The notes: generated by a model from the letters alone, not told the origin. A stretch of DNA of 39,921 nt from an uncultured Mollicutes bacterium (GCA_946539555.1 CAMNHN010000003.1:1-39921), one strand, 5' to 3'. Counted from the stretch's first letter, positions 30,590 to 39,056 are shown. Numbers and translations: made by a program.

Positions 30590-31149
30590 TTATCTTCAAG
30601 CAATTTGTCCCACTGAGCAAGTTGCTTTTTTGTTGGAACAAATATGTAGTCGGTATTTCTAGCCATTTCTTTATAATCAAGCCCATAACCACAAAGGAAT
30701 TTGTTATCAACCATTGAAACACCTGAGTAATCAACAGTTAAATCTACCTTTCTTAATGGTTTTTTATCGATGAGACTGATTAAAGTGATTGATTTTGGAT
30801 TGTATTTAACTTTTAAATATTGTTTAAGATAGCTTAAAGTTAAACCTGTATCAATAATATCTTCAACGATGAAAACATCTTTTCCATTAATATCTTCACT
30901 AACGTCTTTTAAAAGATGAATAACACCTGTTGTAGAAGTACCACTATAACTAGAAACTTGAATGTAATCGAGCTTCATTTCAAATTTGCATTTTTTAACT
31001 AAATCATGAAAGAAAGGCATAGCGCCTTTAAGTACACCAATGAAAACAGGAATACTTGTTTGCTTTTTAAATTTTGCATTCAATTTGTTAGCAATTGATT
31101 GAACGGCTTCTTGAATAGCTTCGCTTGTTAATACGATCTCGTTTGTCAT
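30580..31149 (-). CDS. hpt: Hypoxanthine phosphoribosyltransferase
   Basis: GVLKGA, VSSYSG, IVEDIIDTGLTL, GYGLDY. Confidence 0.95.
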   Translation of the reverse strand: MTNEIVLTSEAIQEAVQSIANKLNAKFKKQTSIPVFIGVLKGAMPFFHDLVKKCKFEMKLDYIQVSSYSGTSTTGVIHLLKDVSEDINGKDVFIVEDIIDTGLTLSYLKQYLKVKYNPKSITLISLIDKKPLRKVDLTVDYSGVSMVDNKFLCGYGLDYKEMARNTDYIFVPTKKQLAQWDKLLEDKKD

Positions 31150-31507
31150 AGTATATACCTCGAAAGTGTTAATATCTTATTTAACTTTTTTGGGAAAATC
31201 AAACTTTTTAAACCTTTTGTTATATAAATTAATTCTATCTTAATTCTTAATTCAAATTTTCATTTTATATAACTAAATTTCGATATTTTTATAAAAATTT
31301 ATGTGTCTTAAAAAGATTAGAAATTTTGTAATCTATTTTGATTAATTAATATACGATTCTACTTAAATTTATAATAAAATATTAGTTGATTTCTTTTATT
31401 AATTTATAAATATAAAGAAAAGAATCGACAAAATTTATCATCTTAAAATTCATTGTTATTTATTAAATAATTTTAAGATTATAAAAAAACAAAAATTTAT
31501 TTCTTTA

Positions 31508-31533
31508 CAAAACGTGATATCTATCACGCTTTG
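31508..31533. promoter_or_regulatory. Palindromic candidate operator upstream of tex
   Basis: CAAA-a-CGTGATA-tc-TATCACG-c-TTTG in an otherwise very AT-rich spacer. Confidence 0.45.
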
Positions 31534-31589
31534 AAAATTAAAAAGTACTGAGATTCGACTTTTAAAAGAAATAATTGAGGTAAAAATTT

Positions 31590-33743
31590 ATGAACATTTT
31601 AAAAAGATTACATGAAGAATTAAACATTGAAGAAAAGAATCTTCAAGCAGCAATTGGTTTGATGGATGAAGGAAATACAATTCCTTTTATTGCTCGTTAT
31701 AGAAAAGAAGTAACAGGAAATTTAACCGATGCAGATTTAAGAAAATTAGAAGAAAGACTTACATATTTAAGAAATCTTGATGAAAGAATTACTACAGTTT
31801 TAAAGTCAATTGAAGAACAAGGAAAATTAACCGATGAACTTAAAGATCAAATTGAAAACGTTAAAACTCTTTCGCAATTAGAAGATCTTTATAGACCATA
31901 TAAACCTAAAAAGAAAACAAGAGGAAGTGTTGCAAAAGAAAAAGGTCTTCAACCACTTGCTGATGTAATTTTAAATGAAGATACTTCGGTTAATCTTTTT
32001 GAATACGCAAAAGAATTTATTAATGAAGAAAAGGGAGTAAAAAGTGCTGAAGAAGCTTTACAAGGAGCTAAAGATATTGTTGCTGAAACAATCAGTGATG
32101 ATCCAAAAATTAGACAACTTATCAAAGCTTATTTAGAAAGAGAAGGACAAATTCATAGTGTTGAAATTGCTCAAGACGAAAGAAACACATATGAAATGTA
32201 TAAAGATTATAAAGAGAAAATTAGTACAATTCCTCCACATAGATATTTAGCTGTTAATAGAGGTGAAAATGAAAAATGTTTAAGGGTAAATCTCGATTAT
32301 GATGCTGATTTTTTGAATGTAGAAGTAAAACGCAAATATAATATCAAACCACAATTTAGTGATTTATATGTTGAAATTGTTGCTGATGCAATGAAACGTT
32401 TAATCATGCCTAGTGTTGAAAATGAAATTCGTAGTGATTTATTTGAAAAAGCTAGTGAAAAATCATTAGAGATATTTAAAAAGAATCTTAAGAGTTTACT
32501 TATGTATCCTCCTCTAAAAAATAAAAACATTTTAGGTTTTGACCCAGGATTTAGAACTGGTTGTAAATATGCTTTAATTGATTCTCAAGGTACTCCAGAT
32601 TTTAATTGTATTGGAGTTAGCTATATTACAAGAGATTCTGCTGAGCAAGTTGAAAGAGCTAAAACTGAATTACTAAAAGTTTTGAAATCTAAAAAGATTG
32701 ATTACATCGCTTTAGGAAACGGAACTGCTAGTAGAGAAAGCGAAGCAGTTTTATCTAGTTTGATTAAAGAAAATAATCTTCCTATTAAGATATATATTGT
32801 AAATGAAAGTGGTGCATCAGTTTATAGTGCTTCAAAACTTGGAGAAGAAGAATTCCCTCAACTTCCTGTTGAAAAAAGAAGTGCAATTTCCTTGGCTCGT
32901 AGATTGATGGATCCTTTAAGTGAACTTGTAAAAATTGATCCAAAAGCAATTGGTGTAGGACAATATCAACATGATTTAGATCAAAAGAAATTAACAGAAA
33001 CACTTTCTACAGTTATTGAAGATTGTGTCAATAATGTTGGAGTTAACGTTAATACAGCAAGCGTTTCTTTACTTAAATATGTATCTGGAATTAATAAAGC
33101 CATTGCACAAAATATTTACGATTATCGTGCACAAAATGGGCCATTTAAAAATAGAAATGAACTCAAAAAAGTCCCTAAGTTAGGTGATAAAGCTTTTGAA
33201 CAAGCTGCAGGATTTTTAAGAATTATTGATGGAGATGAACCACTCGATAAAACAAGTGTTCACCCAGAAAGTTATAAAATTGCAAAAGCAATTATTAAGG
33301 AAACAAAGATTGATTTAAATGAGGATGATGAAGCAACTTTAGATTTGAAGTTATCAAAGTTAGATATTAATAAATTTAAAAACCAAAACGAAGTCGGCTT
33401 ATTAACTTTAAAAGATATTGTTGATGAACTTAAAAAGCCAGGTCGTGACATAAGAGAAGATGTAAAAATTGTTGAACTTGATAATGCCGTTAAATCAATA
33501 GAAGACTTAAAGGTTGGTATGATTTTAAACGGCACTGTTAGAAATATTTCTGATTTTGGTGCATTTGTTGATATTAATGTTCACCAAGATGGATTAGTTC
33601 ATATTTCTCAAATAGCAAATAAGTTTATTAAACATCCAAGCGAAGTCTTATCAATTAATGATATTGTTAAAGTTAAAGTTATATCAGTTGATTTAGCTAA
33701 AAAGAGAATTGGATTATCTATAAAAGACGTTAAACAAGATTAA
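31590..33743 (+). CDS. tex: Tex/YhgF transcription accessory protein
   Basis: FIARYRKE, LEDLYRPYK, DPGFRTGCK, IGVGQYQHD, C-terminal S1 domain. Confidence 0.96.
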   Translation: MNILKRLHEELNIEEKNLQAAIGLMDEGNTIPFIARYRKEVTGNLTDADLRKLEERLTYLRNLDERITTVLKSIEEQGKLTDELKDQIENVKTLSQLEDLYRPYKPKKKTRGSVAKEKGLQPLADVILNEDTSVNLFEYAKEFINEEKGVKSAEEALQGAKDIVAETISDDPKIRQLIKAYLEREGQIHSVEIAQDERNTYEMYKDYKEKISTIPPHRYLAVNRGENEKCLRVNLDYDADFLNVEVKRKYNIKPQFSDLYVEIVADAMKRLIMPSVENEIRSDLFEKASEKSLEIFKKNLKSLLMYPPLKNKNILGFDPGFRTGCKYALIDSQGTPDFNCIGVSYITRDSAEQVERAKTELLKVLKSKKIDYIALGNGTASRESEAVLSSLIKENNLPIKIYIVNESGASVYSASKLGEEEFPQLPVEKRSAISLARRLMDPLSELVKIDPKAIGVGQYQHDLDQKKLTETLSTVIEDCVNNVGVNVNTASVSLLKYVSGINKAIAQNIYDYRAQNGPFKNRNELKKVPKLGDKAFEQAAGFLRIIDGDEPLDKTSVHPESYKIAKAIIKETKIDLNEDDEATLDLKLSKLDINKFKNQNEVGLLTLKDIVDELKKPGRDIREDVKIVELDNAVKSIEDLKVGMILNGTVRNISDFGAFVDINVHQDGLVHISQIANKFIKHPSEVLSINDIVKVKVISVDLAKKRIGLSIKDVKQD

Positions 33744-34240
33744 TTGTTTAAGGCTGCTTTAATTAAAGTTTTAATAGAAATTATATATTTGTTTGTAGAT
33801 TCATCAATACATATGAATCCGTGTTTTTCATAAAATTCTTTAGATTCTTTTTTTGCATCAAAAATTACAAAAGCTATCCCAATATCAACCGAAACAAGAA
33901 TAATTCTTTTAAAAGCAAATTTAAGTAGTTGCTTTCCATAACCTTTCTTTTGGAATTTTTTATCTATTGCAAAACGAGCAATTCTTATTGCTGGTAGCGG
34001 GTAACGTGGGGAATGCTTTAATATTTCTTGAGGCATTTCTTCACATCTAATTTGAGCAGCAGTGAGTGTATAAAAGCCAACGATTTTTCCTTCATCCTGC
34101 AATACAAAAGTTCTGCTTATATTTTTTGAGTCGTTTTGTTTTGCATATTTTATAAAGTAAGAATTTAAATCTTTATTGCCACAATCAAATTTTTTGATCT
34201 CTTTGTCATCAACAAATCTTATCGTAATCTCTTTAATCAT
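33740..34240 (-). CDS. GNAT acetyltransferase toxin (AtaT/TacT-like)
   Basis: FDCG..DLNSY, GFYTL, PAIRIARFAIDKKFQKKGYG, FYEKHGF; overlaps the antitoxin 3' end. Confidence 0.88.
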   Translation of the reverse strand: MIKEITIRFVDDKEIKKFDCGNKDLNSYFIKYAKQNDSKNISRTFVLQDEGKIVGFYTLTAAQIRCEEMPQEILKHSPRYPLPAIRIARFAIDKKFQKKGYGKQLLKFAFKRIILVSVDIGIAFVIFDAKKESKEFYEKHGFICIDESTNKYIISIKTLIKAALNN

Positions 34241-34484
34241 TTAATAAAGCCCTTAATTCTTCATTTGGTTCTGGTGGATTATCTAATAATTGAATTATTT
34301 GATCTCTTTGCTCATTTGAAAGAATCAAGATTTCTTCTTTTTCTAAATCCATTTTTGCTGCATTAATAGCTACAGATAAAATATATGAACTTAGACTAGT
34401 TCTATTTAAATATGCGGCTGTTTCAAGTATTTCCTTATCTTTTTTATTTACTCTTAAATCAATTCTTGTAGTTTTGGCTTCCAT
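34233..34484 (-). CDS. DUF1778 ribbon-helix-helix antitoxin (AtaR/TacA-like)
   Basis: TRIDLRV..KEILETAA, SLSSYI, LLDNPPEPNEELR; SD GGAG before ATG 34484. Confidence 0.9.
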   Translation of the reverse strand: MEAKTTRIDLRVNKKDKEILETAAYLNRTSLSSYILSVAINAAKMDLEKEEILILSNEQRDQIIQLLDNPPEPNEELRALLND

Positions 34485-34498
34485 TGTATTGCTCCAAA

Positions 34499-34523
34499 GT
34501 GTGTTATTTGTACACACATTATA
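34499..34523 (-). promoter_or_regulatory. TA promoter -10 and candidate RHH operator
   Basis: Minus strand TATAAT directly followed by GTGTGT-N7-ACACAC, then the SD. Confidence 0.55.
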
Positions 34524-34616
34524 AAAATAATTCAAATTGAATTCAATTAATAATTAAAATTTTTCAGTGTTCATTTTAATAATCTGATTAGTGTTGTATA
34601 ATCTTTCAAATTTATT

Positions 34617-34637
34617 TTATAATTTAATAAATTATAA
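34617..34637 (+). promoter_or_regulatory. PerR/Fur-like dyad upstream of rubrerythrin
   Basis: TTATAATTT-aat-AAATTATAA abutting SD AAGGAGG. Confidence 0.45.
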
Positions 34638-34650
34638 GGAGGGCTATATT

Positions 34651-35193
34651 ATGGCCAATAAATACGCAGGAACAAAAACAGAACAAAATTTACGCACAGC
34701 TTTTGCAGGTGAATCACAAGCAAGAAATAAATATACATATTATGCTAGTGTTGCCAAAAAAGAAGGATATGAACAAATCGCTGCTTTATTTTTAGAAACA
34801 GCAGATAACGAAAAAGAACACGCTAAAATGTGGTTTAAGGAACTTGATGAACTTGGTGATACAAAAGCAAATTTAAAAGCTGCCGCTGAAGGCGAGAATT
34901 ACGAATGGACAGAAATGTATGAAGAATTTGCTAAAACCGCAGAAGAAGAAGGCTTCAAAGCTTTAGCAAATAAATTCAGAATGGTTGCTGCAATTGAAAA
35001 ACATCACGAAGAAAGATATAACAAATTACTTGAAAACGTTGAACTCGTCAAAGTCTTTAAAAAGGATACAGGTATTACAATCTGGAAATGTAGAAACTGT
35101 GGTTACATTTTTGTAGGAACAGAAGCTCCAAAAGTTTGCCCATGTTGTTTACATCCACAATCATTCTTTGAAGTAAACGCTGAAAATTATTAA
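34651..35193 (+). CDS. rbr: Rubrerythrin
   Basis: [25 protein letters not shown]-terminal CRNCG..CPCC rubredoxin-like domain. Confidence 0.95.
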   Translation: MANKYAGTKTEQNLRTAFAGESQARNKYTYYASVAKKEGYEQIAALFLETADNEKEHAKMWFKELDELGDTKANLKAAAEGENYEWTEMYEEFAKTAEEEGFKALANKFRMVAAIEKHHEERYNKLLENVELVKVFKKDTGITIWKCRNCGYIFVGTEAPKVCPCCLHPQSFFEVNAENY

Positions 35194-35220
35194 TTTAATA
35201 ATATAAGTATTAATTTTAAG

Positions 35221-35242
35221 AAAGGAGAAATTCTCCTTTTTT
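35221..35242 (+). terminator. Possible terminator after rubrerythrin
   Basis: AAAGGAGAA-a-TTCTCCTTT followed by further T residues. Confidence 0.65.
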
Positions 35243-35368
35243 AATTGAAAAATATAATTATAATTCAAAAACCTTGCAAAACCTCAATATTTTTAGATTT
35301 TAAAGAAATCTAATTAAATTGAAAAAGGTCTATTAGAAATATATAATATTAATCAAGAGGTGAAAAAA

Positions 35369-36244
35369 ATGAGCGTAAAATATGCTGTAATTCCTTGTGC
35401 AGGACATGGCACAAGATTTCTCCCTATTACTAAGGGAGTACCAAAAGAAATGTGTCCAATTATTGATAAACCTACTTTAGATTATATTGTTGAAGAATGT
35501 ATTGATGGAGGCATTGAAGAATTTGTAATCATTGTTAGTGAAGGAAAAGATGATATTAAAAAATATTATTCACTTGATGAAGCATATGAAAAAGAATTAA
35601 GAAGTTTAGGCAAAGATAAATATGCTGACTTAATTCATAAAATCGGAACAAAAGCTAAATTCCATTATGTTACTCAACATGAACTTTTAGGTTTAGGTCA
35701 TGCTGTATTGCAAGCAAAAGAAGTAGTTGGAAATGAAAATTTCGTTGTTTGTTGTGGTGATGATATTTGTTTATATGAAGACAAAACCCCTGTTGCACAA
35801 CTTATTGAAGCTTTTGAAGCTCAAGGAGAAAAAACTGTAGTTGGTGGACAAACTGTCGCCCATGAAAACATTAATAAATATGGTTCAATGGACGTTAAAC
35901 GCCAAGTTGCAGATAGAACTTATGAGCTTAAGGGTATTGTTGAAAAACCAGATCCAGAAGTCGCTCCAAGTGATTTAGCTTCCTTAGGAAAATGGGTATT
36001 TAATTCAAGAATATTTGATGAACTTGAAAATACTCCTAGAGGAAAGGGCGGAGAAATTCAACTTACAGATGCAATAGCTTCTTTAATGAAAAAAGAACCA
36101 GTTTATTTCTATGATTTCGAAGGTAAAAGATACGATTGTGGAGATAAATTAGGCTATTTAACAGCAATCATTGATGTTGCACTTAAACGTGATGATTTAA
36201 AAGAAGGCGTTAAAGAACATATCAAATCACTTAAATTAGATTAA
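35369..36244 (+). CDS. galU: UTP--glucose-1-phosphate uridylyltransferase
   Basis: AGHGTRFLP.TK..PKEM, LGLGHAV, IVEKP, GEIQLTDA, YDCG; SD GAGGTG. Confidence 0.95.
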   Translation: MSVKYAVIPCAGHGTRFLPITKGVPKEMCPIIDKPTLDYIVEECIDGGIEEFVIIVSEGKDDIKKYYSLDEAYEKELRSLGKDKYADLIHKIGTKAKFHYVTQHELLGLGHAVLQAKEVVGNENFVVCCGDDICLYEDKTPVAQLIEAFEAQGEKTVVGGQTVAHENINKYGSMDVKRQVADRTYELKGIVEKPDPEVAPSDLASLGKWVFNSRIFDELENTPRGKGGEIQLTDAIASLMKKEPVYFYDFEGKRYDCGDKLGYLTAIIDVALKRDDLKEGVKEHIKSLKLD

Positions 36245-36267
36245 TTCAAATTTATATAAATTTGATT

Positions 36268-36291
36268 GAGGATGTAACTGCATCCTCTTTT
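36268..36291 (+). terminator. Terminator after galU
   Basis: GAGGATGTA-ac-TGCATCCTC then TTTT. Confidence 0.8.
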
Positions 36292-36368
36292 AATTCTCTA
36301 ATATACTGATTTTTCTTGACTTGGAAATGAAAAATGTATATTTTATTAAAGACACAATTCTTATGAAA

Positions 36369-36391
36369 TTAAAGTCCCGGTAAGATTTTAA
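36369..36391 (+). promoter_or_regulatory. L13 leader-like hairpin
   Basis: TTAAAGTC-ccggtaa-GATTTTAA just before the rplM SD; a TTGACT -35 lies at 36316. Confidence 0.55.
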
Positions 36392-36410
36392 GAAAATGGA
36401 GGATAGTGAA

Positions 36411-36869
36411 ATGTATAAACAAACAACAAGTTTAAAGAAGGAAGAGATCTCACGCAAATGGTATGTTGTCGATGCAGCAGGTTTACCACTTGGAAGATTA
36501 GCAAGTAATATTGCCGTCTACTTAATGGGTAAAGAAAAACCATCATGGACACCAAACCAAGATTGTGGAGACTACGTTATTGTTATTAATTGTGAAAAGG
36601 TTGCTGTTAGTGGTACACATAAACCTTTAAACAAGAAATACTACAATGTTAGTGGATACAATGGTGGTATGAGAATCAGAACTCTTGAAGAAATGTTAGA
36701 AAAGTATCCAGAAGAACTTTTCGAAAGAGTCGTTTGGGGTATGTTACCAAAGGGAAGACTTGGTAGACAAATATTCAAAAAACTCAAAGTCTATAAAGGT
36801 GCTGAGCACAAACAACAAGCTCAAAACCCAGAAGTCTTAACTTTCAAAAATTTAGGAGGTAAAAACTAA
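36411..36869 (+). CDS. rplM: 50S ribosomal protein L13
   Basis: [29 protein letters not shown]; SD GGAGGA before ATG 36411. Confidence 0.98.
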   Translation: MYKQTTSLKKEEISRKWYVVDAAGLPLGRLASNIAVYLMGKEKPSWTPNQDCGDYVIVINCEKVAVSGTHKPLNKKYYNVSGYNGGMRIRTLEEMLEKYPEELFERVVWGMLPKGRLGRQIFKKLKVYKGAEHKQQAQNPEVLTFKNLGGKN

Positions 36870-37261
36870 TGGCTAACGCAAAAACTTACTATGGCACAGG
36901 AAGAAGAAAATCCAGTGTTGCAAGAGTTTATGTTAAATTAGGTTCAGGAAAAATTACTGTCAATGATAGAGATGTCAAAGACTATTTCCCTTATGAAACA
37001 TTAGTTCTTGATTTAAAACAACCTCTTACAATTTTAGGTGTCGAAGCCAAATACGATATCGTTGTCTTTGCACAAGGTGGTGGTTTTACTGGCCAAGCCG
37101 GTGCTGTTAGACTTGGTATTGCACGTGCTTTACTTGAAGCAGGTGAAGATAGAGGCGCCCTCAAAGCTGCTGGAATGTTAACAAGAAATCCAAGAGCAAA
37201 AGAAAGAAAGAAATACGGTCTCAAAGCCGCAAGAAGAGCTCCACAATTCTCAAAACGTTAA
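36869..37261 (+). CDS. rpsI: 30S ribosomal protein S9
   Basis: [41 protein letters not shown]. Confidence 0.99.
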   Translation: MANAKTYYGTGRRKSSVARVYVKLGSGKITVNDRDVKDYFPYETLVLDLKQPLTILGVEAKYDIVVFAQGGGFTGQAGAVRLGIARALLEAGEDRGALKAAGMLTRNPRAKERKKYGLKAARRAPQFSKR

Positions 37262-37443
37262 TCTCACGTTTATATATTGCGCAAAAGGTCCAGTTTTGGA
37301 CCTTTTGTTTTGCATAAATATTTAATTAATTATTCAATTATATTCACAAAAATATGATAATAAAAATATGGTAAAGAATATAACTTGTGATGTAAACAAA
37401 ACTATCGAAAACCTTAACTTTGGAAAAAAGAAAGTTTCTTTTT
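37126..37443 (+). repeat. 318-bp direct repeat, copy 1 (rpsI 3' end, terminator, spacer and start of stub ORF)
   Basis: Identical by eye to 38132-38449 (offset 1006); about 30 further bp are similar but diverged. Confidence 0.95.
37281..37311 (+). terminator. Terminator after rpsI
   Basis: CAAAAGGTCCA-gttt-TGGACCTTTTG then TTTT. Confidence 0.9.
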
Positions 37444-37565
37444 CAAGATGCAATCATAGTTTTTATGAAGGCGTAAAAAGTGATCTCAAGTATGTAATCG
37501 AAGCAGCATATTGTATTGATAGTGCGTATTTGAATGCTATTATTGACACTATGTGGTTTTTCTAG
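37368..37565 (+). pseudogene. Stub ORF: Rhs/WapA-like N-terminus joined to a short tail
   Basis: MVK...IENLNFGKKKVSF matches MVK...IEELTFGRKKISL of ORF 39057; its TAG overlaps the AGGAGG of the next gene. Confidence 0.6.
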
Positions 37566-37574
37566 GAGGTGTCT

Positions 37575-37895
37575 ATGGACCTGAATACTTATAAGGCGAT
37601 AGTTGAATATATTCCATATTCTCGAAAAACGACTATTCCCTTTAAAAATAAAAACTATGCTCCACAAATCGAAATTAATGGAAATAAAATATTTTCAGGC
37701 AGCGCATGGTCTGTAATTTGTTATATCTATGAAGCAATTGATACTAATACTTATTATGCATATATTAAGTTTTTAAATGAAGAAAAAGCACCTAATATTT
37801 TATATGAGGGATTGAATTTTTACATATGTGAAGGCCCTAAGCGAGTAGCTTCATGCAAATTAATTGAAATCTCAAAAAGTACTATTAATATGTAA
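37575..37895 (+). CDS. Small protein resembling EF-Tu domain III; candidate immunity protein
   Basis: SD AGGAGGT; NYAPQI and EGLNFYICEGPKRVASCKLIEI versus Tuf NYRPQF and [22 protein letters not shown]. Confidence 0.7.
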   Translation: MDLNTYKAIVEYIPYSRKTTIPFKNKNYAPQIEINGNKIFSGSAWSVICYIYEAIDTNTYYAYIKFLNEEKAPNILYEGLNFYICEGPKRVASCKLIEISKSTINM

Positions 37896-37959
37896 GCTGG
37901 GTGTCGCAGTTACTAAACATGCGACAGTGCAAGATGCTGTGGCAGATTGTGACACCAGT
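37896..37959. repeat. GC-rich imperfect palindrome directly after a stop codon
   Basis: GCTGG-g-TGTCGCAGT pairs with ATTGTGACACCAGT; TGTCGCA can alternatively pair with internal TGCGACA. Confidence 0.7.
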
Positions 37960-38131
37960 CTAATTTTTTACAATAATTAAGTAATTATCGCTTAAATAAT
38001 GTAAAAGACTGAACTTTTAATACCTCCAAAAGCAAATTAGGTGAGGAAGTATTTTATATAATACAAACAGTTTTAAACAATGAAATCTATTTCATTGCTG
38101 AGTCATCCAATGGGGTTGATAGAACATTAGT

Positions 38132-38449
38132 TGCTTTACTTGAAGCAGGTGAAGATAGAGGCGCCCTCAAAGCTGCTGGAATGTTAACAAGAAATCCAAG
38201 AGCAAAAGAAAGAAAGAAATACGGTCTCAAAGCCGCAAGAAGAGCTCCACAATTCTCAAAACGTTAATCTCACGTTTATATATTGCGCAAAAGGTCCAGT
38301 TTTGGACCTTTTGTTTTGCATAAATATTTAATTAATTATTCAATTATATTCACAAAAATATGATAATAAAAATATGGTAAAGAATATAACTTGTGATGTA
38401 AACAAAACTATCGAAAACCTTAACTTTGGAAAAAAGAAAGTTTCTTTTT
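38132..38449 (+). repeat. 318-bp direct repeat, copy 2, including a non-functional rpsI 3' fragment (38132-38267) and terminator (38287-38317)
   Basis: Identical by eye to 37126-37443. Confidence 0.95.
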
Positions 38450-38472
38450 TAAGATACAAACATAGTTTTTAG
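38374..38472 (+). pseudogene. Second stub of the Rhs/WapA-like N-terminus (32 aa)
   Basis: MVKNITCDVNKTIENLNFGKKKVSFLRYKHSF*; TAG overlaps AGGAGG. Confidence 0.6.
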
Positions 38473-38481
38473 GAGGGCTTA

Positions 38482-38962
38482 TTGAAGGATTTTATGAGAA
38501 AAATTGAATTTCGTAAGGTGAATGGTGACATTCAGGTTTTAATAGATCATTCTTTATTTAAAACCGAAGAAAATGAAATTAAGTGTCTTTTTGAAGTCTT
38601 AACAGAAATAATAAAAGCATATACATTCAACGGAACTGTAGTAATTAGTTGTAAAGAAAAAAAATATAATAGATAAGTTAAAAAGAGCCTGCATTAAATA
38701 TGAAGAAAATGAACAAAAAATTCTTTGGATAAAAAATGTAATGTTAGGCCTTTATTTTAATGCTGAAGTACTATATGAAATGATAAGTTTATTTTATTTA
38801 GCCGATGTCACTTTTGATGGAGAAGGTGTTTGCTTCGATAATAGTAAAGTCGGAATCGTAATAAATGACAATGATTGTTCAATTTTTAATTTAAATAAGA
38901 GCCGGGAGAATTTAAATTATTATAAAGAGCAATTTGCGAATATAATTGAAACCAAAGTCTAA
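38482..38962 (+). pseudogene. Hypothetical ~159-aa gene split by a frameshift in an A8 run
   Basis: Removing one A from 38657-38664 joins ORFs 38482-38676 and 38741-38962 through EKNIIDKLKRACIKYEENEQKILWIKNVM with no stop. Confidence 0.75.
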
Positions 38963-39056
38963 GTTTTAGCATTTTGAATTTTATAATTTTTAGTTTTGAG
39001 AAACGAGATTTTAAATTGTTTATATTATTTATATAATTAAATAAAGGTAAAAGTAT

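Noticed and set aside
31150-31589. AT-rich spacer as a replication origin or ncRNA locus
   Set aside because: No DnaA boxes or recognisable RNA structure seen, and no dnaA context.
36246-36265. Perfect 20-bp palindrome TCAAATTTATATAAATTTGA after galU (similar AT dyad at 6526-6545 after rpoC)
   Set aside because: Almost all A/T and directly before a true terminator; most simply a 3'-UTR hairpin.
9199-36410. Longer ORF-track starts for rpsL (9199), tuf (12283), MgtC-family (13581), antitoxin (34535), rubrerythrin (34591), galU (35360) and rplM (36396)
   Set aside because: Downstream ATGs have proper SD or promoter spacing and give the family-typical N-termini.
37126-38449. A classical integrated ICE or prophage bounded by attL/attR at rpsI
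   Set aside because: The insert is only 688 bp, has no integrase or transfer genes, and the repeat extends well beyond the gene end.
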